From an uncultured Acidimicrobiia bacterium (GTDB taxonomy: Bacteria > Actinomycetota > Acidimicrobiia > IMCC26256 > JAENVU01): a stretch of DNA of 64,000 bases. Positions 8,861-19,183 of this stretch are shown here, one piece after another. The notes below the pieces were generated by a model, which made no database searches, had not been told where the DNA came from, and saw nothing but the letters and a program-made list of their open reading frames with translations. Each line of letters starts with the position of its first letter. Within the stretch, counting starts at the first letter, position 1. The stretch covers positions 280,261 through 344,260 of the forward strand of contig CAWFYL010000003.1 of the NCBI GenBank assembly GCA_963820025.1, given 5' to 3'. The translations under genes and the position numbers were made by a program.

Positions 8861-10086
8861 CACCGCCGCGGGAGCCCGGCACCGCGGTCCTCCCCACCCG
8901 TGCTCCGAGCCCGAGCGAGCCGGCGCCGGTGGACGACGGCTCGTTCCGGGACGATCTGCGCCGCTGGCTGGCCGAGCACCCGGCCCCGCCGGTCTCCGTC
9001 GCCACGACCCCGGACCAGGCCGACTCGTTGCGCGCGTGGCAGCACGAGCTCCACGAGGCGCGCTGGGTCGGCATTCACTGGCCGGTCGAGTACGGCGGGC
9101 GCGGCGCGTCGCTCACGCAGGTCGCGATCTACAACGAGGAGCTCGCCCGCGCCGACGCACCGCCGTTGCTCGGACGGGCCGGCATCAGCCTGGTCGGGCC
9201 GACGTTGATGGCGCACGGCACCGAGGAGCAGCGCGCCCGGTGGATGCCCCGGATCCTCTCGGGCGACGACGTCTGGTGCCAGCTGTTCAGCGAGCCGGAC
9301 GCCGGGAGCGATCTCGCGGGGCTGACCACGCGCGCCGAGAAGCACGGCGACGCCTACCGCGTGAACGGCCAGAAGGTGTGGTCGTCGTACGCACGGTTCG
9401 CGGACTGGGGGATCGCGCTCGTGCGGACGGACCCCACCGCGCCCAACCACCGGGGGATCTCGATGCTGGCGATCCCGATGACCGCCCCGGGCGTCGAGAT
9501 CCGGCCGCTGCGCCAGATCACCGGCGAGCGCGAGTTCAACGAGGTCTTCTTCGACGACGTCGAGGTCCCGGTCGAGCAGCTCATCGGCCCCGAGCACGGT
9601 GGCTGGCGCGTGGCCGGGACGACGCTGGCCAACGAGCGGGGGGCGTCGTTCGTCTGGAAGGAGCAGGTGCTCCACGAGGTCGCGATGGGGCTCCTGGCCG
9701 CCACCGCGACCCGCCGCGGCCGAGGCGACGATCCCGTGACGCGCCAACGGCTCGCCCGGTCCTGGATCGAGGTCGAGATCTTCCGTCTGCACAACCAGCG
9801 CACACTCGCCGGGCTGGCGCGCGGCGAGGAGCTCGGCGCGGAGTCCAGCCTGGTCAAGCTGTTCTGGGCCGGCATGAGCCAGCGCCTCTACGACACCGCG
9901 ATCACCGTGCTCGGGGCCGATGGCCTCCTCGCGGCCGACGACCCCAGCGCACCCGACGGGGGTCGGTGGGCACTCGGGTTGCTCGCGTCCCGTGCCAACT
10001 CGATCATGGGGGGCACGAGCGAGATCCAGCGCAACATCATCGGCGAGCGGCTCCTGGGCCTGCCGCGGGAGCCGAACCCGCGATGA
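8857..10086 (+). CDS. acyl-CoA dehydrogenase
   Basis: ORF 8647..10086 trimmed to the ATG at 8857 (ATGA overlap with the P450 stop). Motifs LFSEPDAGSDLAGLTTRAEK, YRVNGQKVWSS and GGTSEIQRNIIGERLLGL. Confidence 0.9.
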   Translation: MTPPREPGTAVLPTRAPSPSEPAPVDDGSFRDDLRRWLAEHPAPPVSVATTPDQADSLRAWQHELHEARWVGIHWPVEYGGRGASLTQVAIYNEELARADAPPLLGRAGISLVGPTLMAHGTEEQRARWMPRILSGDDVWCQLFSEPDAGSDLAGLTTRAEKHGDAYRVNGQKVWSSYARFADWGIALVRTDPTAPNHRGISMLAIPMTAPGVEIRPLRQITGEREFNEVFFDDVEVPVEQLIGPEHGGWRVAGTTLANERGASFVWKEQVLHEVAMGLLAATATRRGRGDDPVTRQRLARSWIEVEIFRLHNQRTLAGLARGEELGAESSLVKLFWAGMSQRLYDTAITVLGADGLLAADDPSAPDGGRWALGLLASRANSIMGGTSEIQRNIIGERLLGLPREPNPR

Positions 10087-11309
10087 CGAGCGAGGCGGAC
10101 GCGCGCGCGCTCGTCGATCCGGCTCGCTACGCGCGCGAAGGGTACCCGCACGAGCTGTGGACGCGGCTGCGGGCCGAGGAGCCGGTCGCTTACTGCGCAC
10201 CCCCAGGGCTCGAACCGTTCTGGGCGATCACGAAGCACGCCGACATCCTGGAGATCACGAAGCAGCCGCTCCGGTTCTCGAGCGCGCAGGGCATCACGCT
10301 TCGCCGCGCGGGAGCTCCGGTCATCTCGTCGGACATGGTGGTCATGCTGGACCCGCCCGAGCACGGTCCTGTGCGCAAGGTCGCGAACGGACGCTTCACG
10401 CCCCGGGCGGTCCGGGAGCGGCGCCCCGACATCGAACGGATCGCGGTCGAGGTCCTCGACGCCGCGACGCCGCCCGGTGCTTCGGGCGAGCTCGACTTCG
10501 TCGAGCGCATCGCCGCGCCGTTCCCACTGGCGGTGATCGCGTGGATCCTCGGCGCCCCGAGCGACGACTGGGAGCGCCTGTTCCGGTGGACCAACGAGGT
10601 CATCGGCAAGGACGACCCGGAGTACCGCCGGCCCGGCGAGACGCCGGGCCAGACGATCAAGCGAGCGCGCGGGGAGGTGCACGCGTACTTCCGCGCGCTG
10701 ATCGACCAGCGCCGGCGTGACCCGCAGGACGACCTGATGAGCGAGCTCATCCGCGGCGAGGTCAACGGCGGACCGTTGTCGGACGAGCAGCTGGTCTCGT
10801 ACTGCGAGCTGCTCGTCGAGGCCGGCAACGAGACCACCCGCAACGCGATCACGGGTGGGTTGCTCGCCTTCACCGAGCATCCCGGCGAGTGGGAGCGGCT
10901 GCGCGCCACCCCGGACCTCATGAGCGATGCCGTGGAGGAGGTCCTGCGCTGGGTCACGCCGATCAGCCACTTCACCCGCACCGCGACCGAGGACTGCGAG
11001 GCGCGTGGCACGCACATCGCGGCCGGGGAGCAGGTCGCCCTCTACTTCGCGTCGGCCAACCGCGACGAAGAGGTCTTCGACGACCCGTTCGCCTTCCGGA
11101 TCGATCGACGACCCAACCCCCACCTCGCATTCGGGTTCGGCGAGCACTTCTGCATGGGCGGGAACGTCGCGCGCGTCGAGCTCGAGACCATCTTCCGGCA
11201 CCTGCTCGCGCGCCTGGAGTGGTTCGAGGTGGTCGGAGCGGTGGAACGTCTGAGCTCGATCGTCAATGGGAGCATCAAGCACCTGCCGATCGAGTTCCGG
11301 GTCTCGTGA
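10083..11309 (+). CDS. cytochrome P450
   Basis: C-terminal 408 codons of artefactual ORF 8655..11309. ATG at 10083 (ATGA overlap). FGFGEHFCMGGNVARVE heme loop, AGNETT, EEVLRWVTP. Confidence 0.95.
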   Translation: MTSEADARALVDPARYAREGYPHELWTRLRAEEPVAYCAPPGLEPFWAITKHADILEITKQPLRFSSAQGITLRRAGAPVISSDMVVMLDPPEHGPVRKVANGRFTPRAVRERRPDIERIAVEVLDAATPPGASGELDFVERIAAPFPLAVIAWILGAPSDDWERLFRWTNEVIGKDDPEYRRPGETPGQTIKRARGEVHAYFRALIDQRRRDPQDDLMSELIRGEVNGGPLSDEQLVSYCELLVEAGNETTRNAITGGLLAFTEHPGEWERLRATPDLMSDAVEEVLRWVTPISHFTRTATEDCEARGTHIAAGEQVALYFASANRDEEVFDDPFAFRIDRRPNPHLAFGFGEHFCMGGNVARVELETIFRHLLARLEWFEVVGAVERLSSIVNGSIKHLPIEFRVS

Positions 11310-11327
11310 CCCGCGAGGAGGTCCGAC

Positions 11328-12470
11328 GTGCTCCGTGCTGATGTGCAGCCGATCTCGGTCGACGACCACGTCGTCGAGCCGTCCCACGTGTTCGTCGACC
11401 ACATCGAACCCAGGTTCCGCGACCGTGCCGCCCGGATCGTCGAGCAGGACGGCGCCGAGGGCTGGCTCTGGGAGGACCGGTTCTACCCCCTCACGTTCCA
11501 GGGGAACGCCAACACGCGCAGGTTCCGCCCGGGGGAGGAGGGCCGCGGCGACGACCTCTTCGCTCGGCGGTACGAGGACATGATCCCGGCCGCGTTCGAC
11601 GTGCACGAGCGCGTGCGGGCGATGGATGACGACGGCGTGTGGGCGGAGCTGCTGTTCCCCACGTTCCCGCGCTTCGGCGGCACGCAGTTCCTGCACGGCA
11701 CGGACAAGGATCTCGCCCTCGCGATGGTGCGCGCGTGGAACGACTGGATGATCGACGAGTGGTGCGCGACGTACCCCGAACGGTTCATCCCCCAGACGCT
11801 CATCCCGCTCTGGGACGTGCCGGCTGCGGTGACGGAGATCGAGCGGTGCGCGGACAAGGGTTCACGCGCCGTGCTGTTCGTCGAGAACCCGCACCCGCTC
11901 GGGCTGCCGTCGTTCCCGACCGGGCACTGGCGCCCCGTCTTCGAGGCGTGCAACGCCACCGGCCTCTCGCTCTCGATGCACATCGGCACGTCGTCCGGCC
12001 TCATCCGGCCGTCGCCGGAGTCGAGTCCGTCCGTCGGCATCGCCCTGTGTGGCATCAATTCGATGAGCGCGCTCGGCGACCTGATCTTCAGCGGTGCCTT
12101 CAACGGCTTGCCCGACTGCCGGGTCGCGCTGTCGGAGGGGGGAGCCGGGTGGGTGCCGTACGTGCTCGAGCGACTCGACTACACGTGGAAGCGGAGCCGG
12201 TACGAAGGTCTCGCGAACGAGGTGCCACCGGGGGAGGTCTTCGCGGCGCACGTGTGGGTCTGCATGATCTCGGACGAGTACGCGATTCGGAACCGTGACC
12301 TGATCGGGATCGACAACATCATGTGGGAGGCGGACTTCCCGCACAACGACTCGAACTGGCCGGACAGCCGCAAGGTCCTGTCCGACGCGTTGGCGGACGT
12401 CCCGGACGACGACGCGCGCCGGATCGCGGAGACCAACGCCCGCCGGCTGTACCGGTTCCCCGCCTCGTGA
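11328..12470 (+). CDS. amidohydrolase-2 (ACMSD-like) family metal-dependent hydrolase
   Basis: 380 aa. ISVDDHVVEP N-terminus and EADFPHNDS near the C-terminus. Paralogous to 52545..53769 and 60870..62096. GAGGAGG SD. Confidence 0.85.
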   Translation: MLRADVQPISVDDHVVEPSHVFVDHIEPRFRDRAARIVEQDGAEGWLWEDRFYPLTFQGNANTRRFRPGEEGRGDDLFARRYEDMIPAAFDVHERVRAMDDDGVWAELLFPTFPRFGGTQFLHGTDKDLALAMVRAWNDWMIDEWCATYPERFIPQTLIPLWDVPAAVTEIERCADKGSRAVLFVENPHPLGLPSFPTGHWRPVFEACNATGLSLSMHIGTSSGLIRPSPESSPSVGIALCGINSMSALGDLIFSGAFNGLPDCRVALSEGGAGWVPYVLERLDYTWKRSRYEGLANEVPPGEVFAAHVWVCMISDEYAIRNRDLIGIDNIMWEADFPHNDSNWPDSRKVLSDALADVPDDDARRIAETNARRLYRFPAS

Positions 12471-13396
12471 CCGGGGCGCGGCTGTCCGTCTTCCTCCCGA
12501 CGTACGCGGCGGAGGACCCCGGTGACTGGGACCACGTCCTCGGCGTCGCTCGGGCCGCCGATCTCGTGGGCGTCGACCGCCTGGTCGTCTCGGACCACGT
12601 GGTGTTCGGGGAGCATCTCGACGCCTACGCCGACCCCGCGACCGGGGGAGTCGAGGGCGGCCGCCAGCCCACCGGCCCCGACGGCCACTGGCTCGAGCCG
12701 TTGACGGTCCTGACCGCGGTCGCCGCGCAGACGGACCGGATTCGACTCGGCACGTACATCCTGCTGGCCGCGCTGCGGCGTCCCGTGGTGCTCGCCAAGC
12801 AGCTCGCGACCCTCGACGTCCTGTCGCACGGGCGGGTCGACCTCGGGGTCGGCATCGGGTGGCAACGGGAGGAGTACGAAGCGGCCGGTCTGGACTTCGG
12901 CGGCCGGGGCCGTCTGCTGGACCACTCGCTCGAGGTGTGCACGACGCTGTGGCGCGACCAGCGCGTGGAGTACGCGTCACCCGAGCTCCGATTCGACGGG
13001 ATCCACGCGATGCCCAAACCAATCCAGGCGGGCGGCGTGCCGATCTGGGTCAGCGGACGGAGCAACGCGCCCGTCGCGCGTCGTCTCGCGCGGTTCGGCA
13101 CGGGTTGGATCCCGTGGGGCGAGGACGCGGCCGACCCGGCATCGAGCATCCCCCGCATGCGCGCGGAGGTCGAACGGGCCGGGGGCGACGGGACCGCGCT
13201 CTCGGTGCTGGCACCGCTGCCCCTGCGGCGGCGGCCGGACCGCTCGGTCGATCTCGCGGCCTCGATGGAGGAGCTGCCGCGACTCGTCGGTGCCGGGGTC
13301 ACCGACCTTCTCGTGCACCTCAAGCTGCCCGACTCCGTCGCCGCTGCCGAGGACACGTTCTCGGCGCTCGTCACCGCGTTCCGCGACGCGCGATGA
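12467..13396 (+). CDS. LLM-class (luciferase-like, probably F420-dependent) oxidoreductase
   Basis: ORF 12323..13396 trimmed to GTG 12467 (GTGA overlap). VDRLVVSDHVVFG and DLGVGIGWQREEYEAAGLDF motifs. Confidence 0.8.
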   Translation: MTGARLSVFLPTYAAEDPGDWDHVLGVARAADLVGVDRLVVSDHVVFGEHLDAYADPATGGVEGGRQPTGPDGHWLEPLTVLTAVAAQTDRIRLGTYILLAALRRPVVLAKQLATLDVLSHGRVDLGVGIGWQREEYEAAGLDFGGRGRLLDHSLEVCTTLWRDQRVEYASPELRFDGIHAMPKPIQAGGVPIWVSGRSNAPVARRLARFGTGWIPWGEDAADPASSIPRMRAEVERAGGDGTALSVLAPLPLRRRPDRSVDLAASMEELPRLVGAGVTDLLVHLKLPDSVAAAEDTFSALVTAFRDAR

Positions 13397-15154
13397 CGAG
13401 CACGCCCGCGAGTCGGAGCGCGCCCGCACCCGGTGAGGCTCCGATGCCCGCGGCCGACGCGGCTGCGTTGTTCCGCCGCAACGCGTCGGATCCGGACCGC
13501 CGCGACCGACCTGCGCTCCGGTTCGGCGACCGCACATGGACGCACGCGGAGTACGTCGAGGAGTGTCAGCGGTTCGCGAACCTCCTCATCGCCCGTCGAC
13601 CGCGCGGTCGCGGTCGCGCCGCGCACATCGGTGTGCTGCTCGACAACATCCCCGAGTACCTGTTCGCGCTCGGGGGCGCGGCGCTCGCGGGTGCGGCCGT
13701 CGTCGGCATCAATCACACCCGCCGGGAGGAGCACCTCCGGCGCGACCTGCAGCACACCGACTGCGACCTGGTGCTGAGCGAGCCCCGCCATCTGCCGCTG
13801 CTCGAGCCGATCGCCGGGAAGCTGCCCGAGCTGCTGGTGTCGAACCGCTACCCCGACGACGCCGACCCGGACGTGCGGCTCGGCGCCGACCTCGACGACG
13901 CGCTCGGAGCCGTCGATGCGACCGACGCCGGGATCGAGCCCGGGCCCGACACCCTCTGGGGGCTGATCTTCACCTCGGGGACGTCGGATGCGCCCAAGGC
14001 GGTGATCTGCACGCAGCGCCGGTTGCTGGTCACCGGCACCCGCATGGGGATCCTCATGAGCCTCGGCGCCGACGACGTCGGCTACGTGTGCATGCCGTTG
14101 TTCCACTCGAGCGCGCTGATGGTCGGGTGGGCCCCGTCGGTGGTGACCGGCGCCTCCGTCGGGCTGGGACGCCGGTTCAGCGCGTCGGGCTGGCTCGCCG
14201 ACGTCCGGCGCTACCGGGCGACGTACACGAACTACACGGGCAAGCCTCTCGCCTACATCGTCTCGACGCCGGAGCGGCCGGACGACGCGCACAACGACCT
14301 GCGGGTCGCGTTCGGCAACGAGGGATCGCCCGAGATCGTCGACCGGTTCGCCCGCCGCTTCGGACTCGAGGTGATCGACGCGTACCGGCGCGACCGAGGG
14401 CGGCATCGCGGTGAACCGCGAGGTCGAGGGTCGCCCGGGGGCGCTCGGCCAGGCCGGCCCGAACGTGTGCGTCGTCGACGAGGACGGCACGGAGCTCCCG
14501 GTGGCTCGCTTCGGGGCCGACGGCCGGTTGGCCAACGCGGACGAGTGCGTCGGTGAGATCGTCAACACCGCCGGCGCGGGTCCGTTCGAGGGCTACTACA
14601 ACAACCCCGAGGCCAACGCCAAGACCCTGCGCTTCGGCTGGTACTGGAGCGGGGATCTCGGCTACCTCGACGCCGACCGCTACCTGTACTTCGCCGGTCG
14701 GAACGCCGATTGGCTCCGCGTCGACGGCGAGAACTTCCCGGCCCGACCCATCGAGGCGACGCTCGACCGTCATCCCGATGTCGTGCTCTCGGCCGTCTAC
14801 GGCGTGCCCGACGACCAGGCCGGCGATCAGGTGATGGCCGGGCTCGTGCTGCGCGACGGTGCGGCGTTCGACCCGGTCGCCTTCGCGGCGTGGCTGGACG
14901 CACAGGACGCGATCGGACCGAAGTGGCGCCCGCGCTACGTGCGCATCATGGGCGATCCGCCGACGACGGGCACCAACAAGATCGTGAAGCGGACACTCGT
15001 GCACCAGAAGTGGCGGCGCGACCGCGTCGGAGGCGACTGCGTGTACGTGCGGGGTCGCGGCGAGACCGAATTCCATGAGCTCGACGACGCGCACGAGCAG
15101 GCACTGCACCGGTCGTTCGTCGCCAACCAGCGCGAGCAGTTCTGGGACCTCTGA
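13393..15154 (+). pseudogene. acyl-CoA synthetase (AMP-binding, FadD-like), interrupted by a +1 frameshift near 14385
   Basis: N-terminal part lies in ORF 12859..14556 (TSGTSDAPKAV P-loop) and the C-terminal part in ORF 14411..15154 (WYWSGDLGY, TGTNKIVK). The expected YGATEGGIAVN is encoded, but one extra C after TAC 14383-85 breaks the frame. Confidence 0.8.
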
Positions 15155-15200
15155 GCACCTTGCTCCTATGGCAAGATGCTGCCACGTTGGCGGGGGGACG

Positions 15201-16856
15201 ATGACGGCCGAGACGACGGGAAGCAACGCAGGCGCGGCGAAGGCGGTGCTCGTCACGCTGGCCGCCGCCCAGTTCGTCATGATCCTGGACTCGTCGGTGA
15301 TGAACGTGTCCATCGCCACCGTCGCCAGCGACGTCGGAACGACGGTCACGGGCATCCAGACCGCGATCACGATGTACACGCTGGTGATGGCCGCGCTCAT
15401 GATCACGGGCGGCAAGATGGGTGAGATCCTCGGCCGCAAGCGCGCCTTCACGATCGGGTGCGTGATCTACGCGTGCGGTTCGCTCACGACGGCGCTCTCG
15501 CCCAACCTCGCCGTGCTGATGTTCGGATGGTCCTTCCTCGAAGGGGTCGGGGCTGCGCTCGTGATGCCCGCGATCGTCGCGCTGGTGGCGTCGAACTTCG
15601 GTCGGGCCGACCGGCCTCGGGCGTACGGGATCGTGATGGCCGGCGGGGCGATCGCAGTCGCGGTCGGTCCGCTGATCGGTGGCCTGTTCACGACCTACTG
15701 GTCGTGGCGGTACGTCTTCGTGGGCGAGGTGCTGATCATCGGGGTCGTGCTGCTCCTCAACCGCCGAACCGCCGACACGCCGCGCGAGGAAGGCGCCCAC
15801 CTGGACCTCGTCGGCACCGCGCTCTCCGCGCTCGGGCTCGGGCTCATCGTGTACGGGATCCTCCGATCGGGCACCTGGGGGATCGTGCAGCCGAAGCCGG
15901 ATGCACCCACCTGGCTGGGCCTGTCGCCGGTGATCTGGCTGCTGCTCGGCGGCGGAGCCGTGCTCCTCGCGTTCGTCTCCTGGGAGCAGCACCGTCGGGA
16001 CAGCGGCCGGGCCGCGCTGCTCGACCCGGCGATCCTGCGGGTGCCGATCCTGCGGAGCGGGGTGACCGCGTTCTTCTTCCAATACCTGCTCCAGGCCGGT
16101 CTGTTCTTCGCGGTGCCCCTGTTCCTCTCGATCGCGCTCGGCCTCTCCGCGATCGACACCGGCCTCCGGATCCTGCCGCTGTCGATCACCCTGGTGATCG
16201 CCGCGCTGGGGGTGCCGAAGGTGTTCCCGCACGCGTCGCCCCGTCGGGTCGCGCAGCTCGGCTTCCTCACGCTGTTCGTCGCCCTCGTGGTATTCGTCGC
16301 CGCGCTCGACGCCGGCGCCGGTCCGGAGATCGTGACGTGGCCGATGCTGCTCGCCGGGCTGGGCATCGGCATGCTCGCCTCGCAGCTCGGAGCGGTCACC
16401 GTGTCGTCGGTGCCCGACGAGCAGAGCGGCGAGGTCGGCGGCATCCAGAACACCGCCTCCAACCTCGGCCTTTCGATCGGCACCGCCCTGGCGGGGGCGG
16501 TCCTGATCTCCGCGCTCACCAGCTCGTTCTTCGCCGGGATCGAGGGCAATCCGGCCGTCCCGAAGGACCTCTCCTCGAAGGCACAGACGGAGCTCACCAG
16601 TGGGGTCCCGTTCATCTCCGACGCCGACCTCCAGCAGGCGCTCGATGACGCCGGCGTGTCGGCGACGGCCAGCAAGGCCGTCGTCGACGAGAACGCCGAT
16701 GCGCGTCTCGACGCGCTGCGCGCGTCGCTGTCGGTGCTCGCCGTCCTTGCGCTGGTCGCGCTCTTCTTCAGTCGCGGGTTGCCCACGACCGCGGCTGCGC
16801 CCGGGTCCGCCGAGACGGAGCCGACCGACGACGCATCGCCCGCGGTCAAGCCGTAG
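15201..16856 (+). CDS. MFS transporter, DHA2 (14-TMS drug:H+ antiporter) type
   Basis: ORF 15075..16856 trimmed to ATG 15201, preceded by GGGGGGA. Highly hydrophobic, with LDSSVMNVSIATV and GGKMGEILGRKRAF motifs. Confidence 0.9.
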   Translation: MTAETTGSNAGAAKAVLVTLAAAQFVMILDSSVMNVSIATVASDVGTTVTGIQTAITMYTLVMAALMITGGKMGEILGRKRAFTIGCVIYACGSLTTALSPNLAVLMFGWSFLEGVGAALVMPAIVALVASNFGRADRPRAYGIVMAGGAIAVAVGPLIGGLFTTYWSWRYVFVGEVLIIGVVLLLNRRTADTPREEGAHLDLVGTALSALGLGLIVYGILRSGTWGIVQPKPDAPTWLGLSPVIWLLLGGGAVLLAFVSWEQHRRDSGRAALLDPAILRVPILRSGVTAFFFQYLLQAGLFFAVPLFLSIALGLSAIDTGLRILPLSITLVIAALGVPKVFPHASPRRVAQLGFLTLFVALVVFVAALDAGAGPEIVTWPMLLAGLGIGMLASQLGAVTVSSVPDEQSGEVGGIQNTASNLGLSIGTALAGAVLISALTSSFFAGIEGNPAVPKDLSSKAQTELTSGVPFISDADLQQALDDAGVSATASKAVVDENADARLDALRASLSVLAVLALVALFFSRGLPTTAAAPGSAETEPTDDASPAVKP

Positions 16857-16873
16857 GCGTCCGCAGTTCCCGG

Positions 16874-17807
16874 CTAGGAGCTCACCGCTTCGAACCGACC
16901 GAGGCCGTAGTCACCTTCGATCGTCGTACGGTGCATGCACCGCGTGTGCTCGGGCGACATCCCGGACCCGCGGTGCAGGCAGCGCCAGTTGTCCCAGATC
17001 AGCATGTCCGTCGGCTGCCATTCGTGGAAGTAGCAGAGGTCGTTCGCCGCGGCGACGATCTCGTCGCACACCGCGGCGAGCAACGCTTCTCCTTCGCCGT
17101 CCTCACGGCCCTCGAGTCCCTTCGCCATCCACGGGGAGACGTGCAGCACCTTCTCGCCGGAGCGGCGCGTCCAGACGGCCGGGTGCAACGCCCGCGCCCG
17201 GCCCTCGAATTCCGCCATCACCTCGGTGGCCTGCGTGGCGCGCTCGATCTCGACGAAGCCCTCCGGTCGACCGTATCGGAGGTTCTCCATGATCACGTCC
17301 ATCGCGTAGATCACGGTCTCGCCCTCGATCCGGTCCCGCAGCTCGGGGGAGATCGCGTCGTACAACGCGATGCCGTCGACGAAGCCCGTCAAGCCGCCCT
17401 CGGGCGGAACCTCCACGGCCCGCAGCACGCCCGCCCGGTTGAGCTGATCGTTGTAGCAGTGGTCGAAGTGCCATGGCAGCCACGACGAGAGCACCTGACC
17501 GTCGACGAGCACGGCGCCCGGCTGGTTCGGTTCGTGGCGCATCTCGATGACCCCCAGCATGTCCTCGCCCTCGGCGCGCCGCGACCGCCTGGCTCGGGTG
17601 GTCCTTCAGCGGCCCGAACACGGTGCTGAACGCCACCTGCATGTTGGGGGTCGGGTCGACACCTTCGAAGATCAGGAGCCCGTGCTCCTCGAAGAGCTCG
17701 ACGAGCCGGGACCGGATTCGATCGTCGCGAAGGTCCTCGTACGTGACCCCGGTGACCCGCGCTCCGAAGGAGAGGTCATCGCGGACGGGTCGTACGTTCA
17801 TCGTCAT
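16874..17807 (-). pseudogene. TauD/TfdA-family Fe(II)/2-oxoglutarate dioxygenase, interrupted by a frameshift near 17575-17585
   Basis: N-terminal part in ORF 17103..17936 from ATG 17807 (GAGGAG SD; ...FSTVFGPLKDHP). C-terminal part in ORF 16874..17560 (LPWHFDHCYND, WDNWRCLHRG). The two halves join across a GC-only run. Confidence 0.75.
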
Positions 17808-17820
17808 GCGGGTCTCCTCA

Positions 17821-18681
17821 TCAGGTGAGCGTCGTGTCGGCCCAGTCGACGAGCTGGGGGACCAGCAGGGGCCAGCGGACGAACAGCGATCCAACCTGTT
17901 CGACGGCGGCTCGTCGTTCGTTCCATTCGTCGTCACCCCACGGCGGCTCGACGAGCTCCGCTCCGGGCAGTCCCGCGGCGAGCGCCTCGGACGTGGCGCG
18001 GGTGTGCGACATGTCGGAGGTGCCGCTGCGGAACACGAGGATCGGGATGTCGAGCCGTGTGATGTCGTCGGCGTCGAGCCCGGGCACGAGCGAGTCCTCG
18101 CACGGGCAGTACGCCAGCATCCACCGGTCCATCACCGCGAGGAACTCCTGGCGGTCCATCGCGAGGAACCGCGCCCGGTTCCCCGGATTGCGCGCGAGCG
18201 GCTCCTGCCATTGGTCCAGCTCGACGACCGCTTCCATCCCGCCGTGCCATGCGGCGTCGGCCGACGGCATCCCGTAGTAGTTGGCGAGTTGGAGCAAGCC
18301 GGGGACGCCACCGCTGATCCACCACATCGCGAGCCCGGCCGCCACGTCGGGGTTGCGAGCCGCGGCGAGCAGCGAGACGCGGGCGCCGCCCGAGCCGCCG
18401 GCGATGACGGTCGGGCCGAGCTCGAGGTGACGCAGCAACCCGCCGAGTGCCTCCGCCTGCATCTCCGACTCCGAGGCGCCACGGAACACGACCGATGACG
18501 CACCGCAGTTCGGGCGGTCCCAGGTGAGGACCTGCTTCCCGCGATCCGCCAGCGCGCGGGCCATCTCGGGCAGCCCGCCGACGTCCTTCGTGAACCGGCC
18601 ACCGGGGGTCAGCACCCAGGGTTGGCCCTCGCCCACCAGGTCGTAGGCGATCTCGATTCCGTCAAGGTCGGCGACCGGCAT
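17821..18681 (-). CDS. alpha/beta hydrolase
   Basis: ORF 17821..19062 trimmed to ATG 18681 (AAGGGGGG SD). GGSGGA nucleophile motif. 13 nt upstream of the TauD-like gene. Confidence 0.8.
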   Translation of the reverse strand: MPVADLDGIEIAYDLVGEGQPWVLTPGGRFTKDVGGLPEMARALADRGKQVLTWDRPNCGASSVVFRGASESEMQAEALGGLLRHLELGPTVIAGGSGGARVSLLAAARNPDVAAGLAMWWISGGVPGLLQLANYYGMPSADAAWHGGMEAVVELDQWQEPLARNPGNRARFLAMDRQEFLAVMDRWMLAYCPCEDSLVPGLDADDITRLDIPILVFRSGTSDMSHTRATSEALAAGLPGAELVEPPWGDDEWNERRAAVEQVGSLFVRWPLLVPQLVDWADTTLT

Positions 18682-18828
18682 GACTGATCCCCCCTTGCTG
18701 CACCTCCTTGTATCACCTTTCCGGACCCTTCCACTTCGTCCCGGACGACCGCGACCTCGGGTCGCGGTTGAGCGTCGGCGGGTCGTGGGTATCACGGGTG
18801 CACGGAGCGTCCAGTCGGAAGGCCTGCC

Positions 18829-19179
18829 TTGGAAGTGACCCCGTTCGACTTCCGGATCGAGGTGGAGACGGTCAAGGGTCGAGCCCGGCTGTCGCTCGCC
18901 GGGGACGTCGACCTCGCGACCTCGTCGATCGTGATGAACCGGGTGGAGGCCGTCTTCCGCGAGCCGATCACGAGCCTGGCTCTCGACCTCGGCGGCGTCA
19001 CCTTCCTCGACAGCTCGGGCATCGAGGCCCTGCTCAAGGCCGAAGCGCTGGCCCGCGAGCACCGGGTCCCGTTCGTGCTCGCGTCGGCGTCAGCCGACGT
19101 CCGACGCATCATCAACGGCTCGGGACTCGCCGACGTCCTCGGCGTGACCTCCGCGGCACGTCACGACGCAACGCCCTGA
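18829..19179 (+). CDS. STAS-domain anti-sigma-factor antagonist (SpoIIAA-like)
   Basis: 116 aa. LDLGGVTFLDSSGIEALL motif with the conserved phosphorylatable Ser context. TTG/GTG start is uncertain. Confidence 0.8.
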   Translation: MEVTPFDFRIEVETVKGRARLSLAGDVDLATSSIVMNRVEAVFREPITSLALDLGGVTFLDSSGIEALLKAEALAREHRVPFVLASASADVRRIINGSGLADVLGVTSAARHDATP

Positions 19180-19183
19180 GGTC

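Noticed and set aside
8655-11309. The 884-aa ORF could be read as a large fusion protein.
   Set aside because: Only its last 408 codons (from ATG 10083) encode a P450. The upstream part is the out-of-frame shadow of the acyl-CoA dehydrogenase gene.
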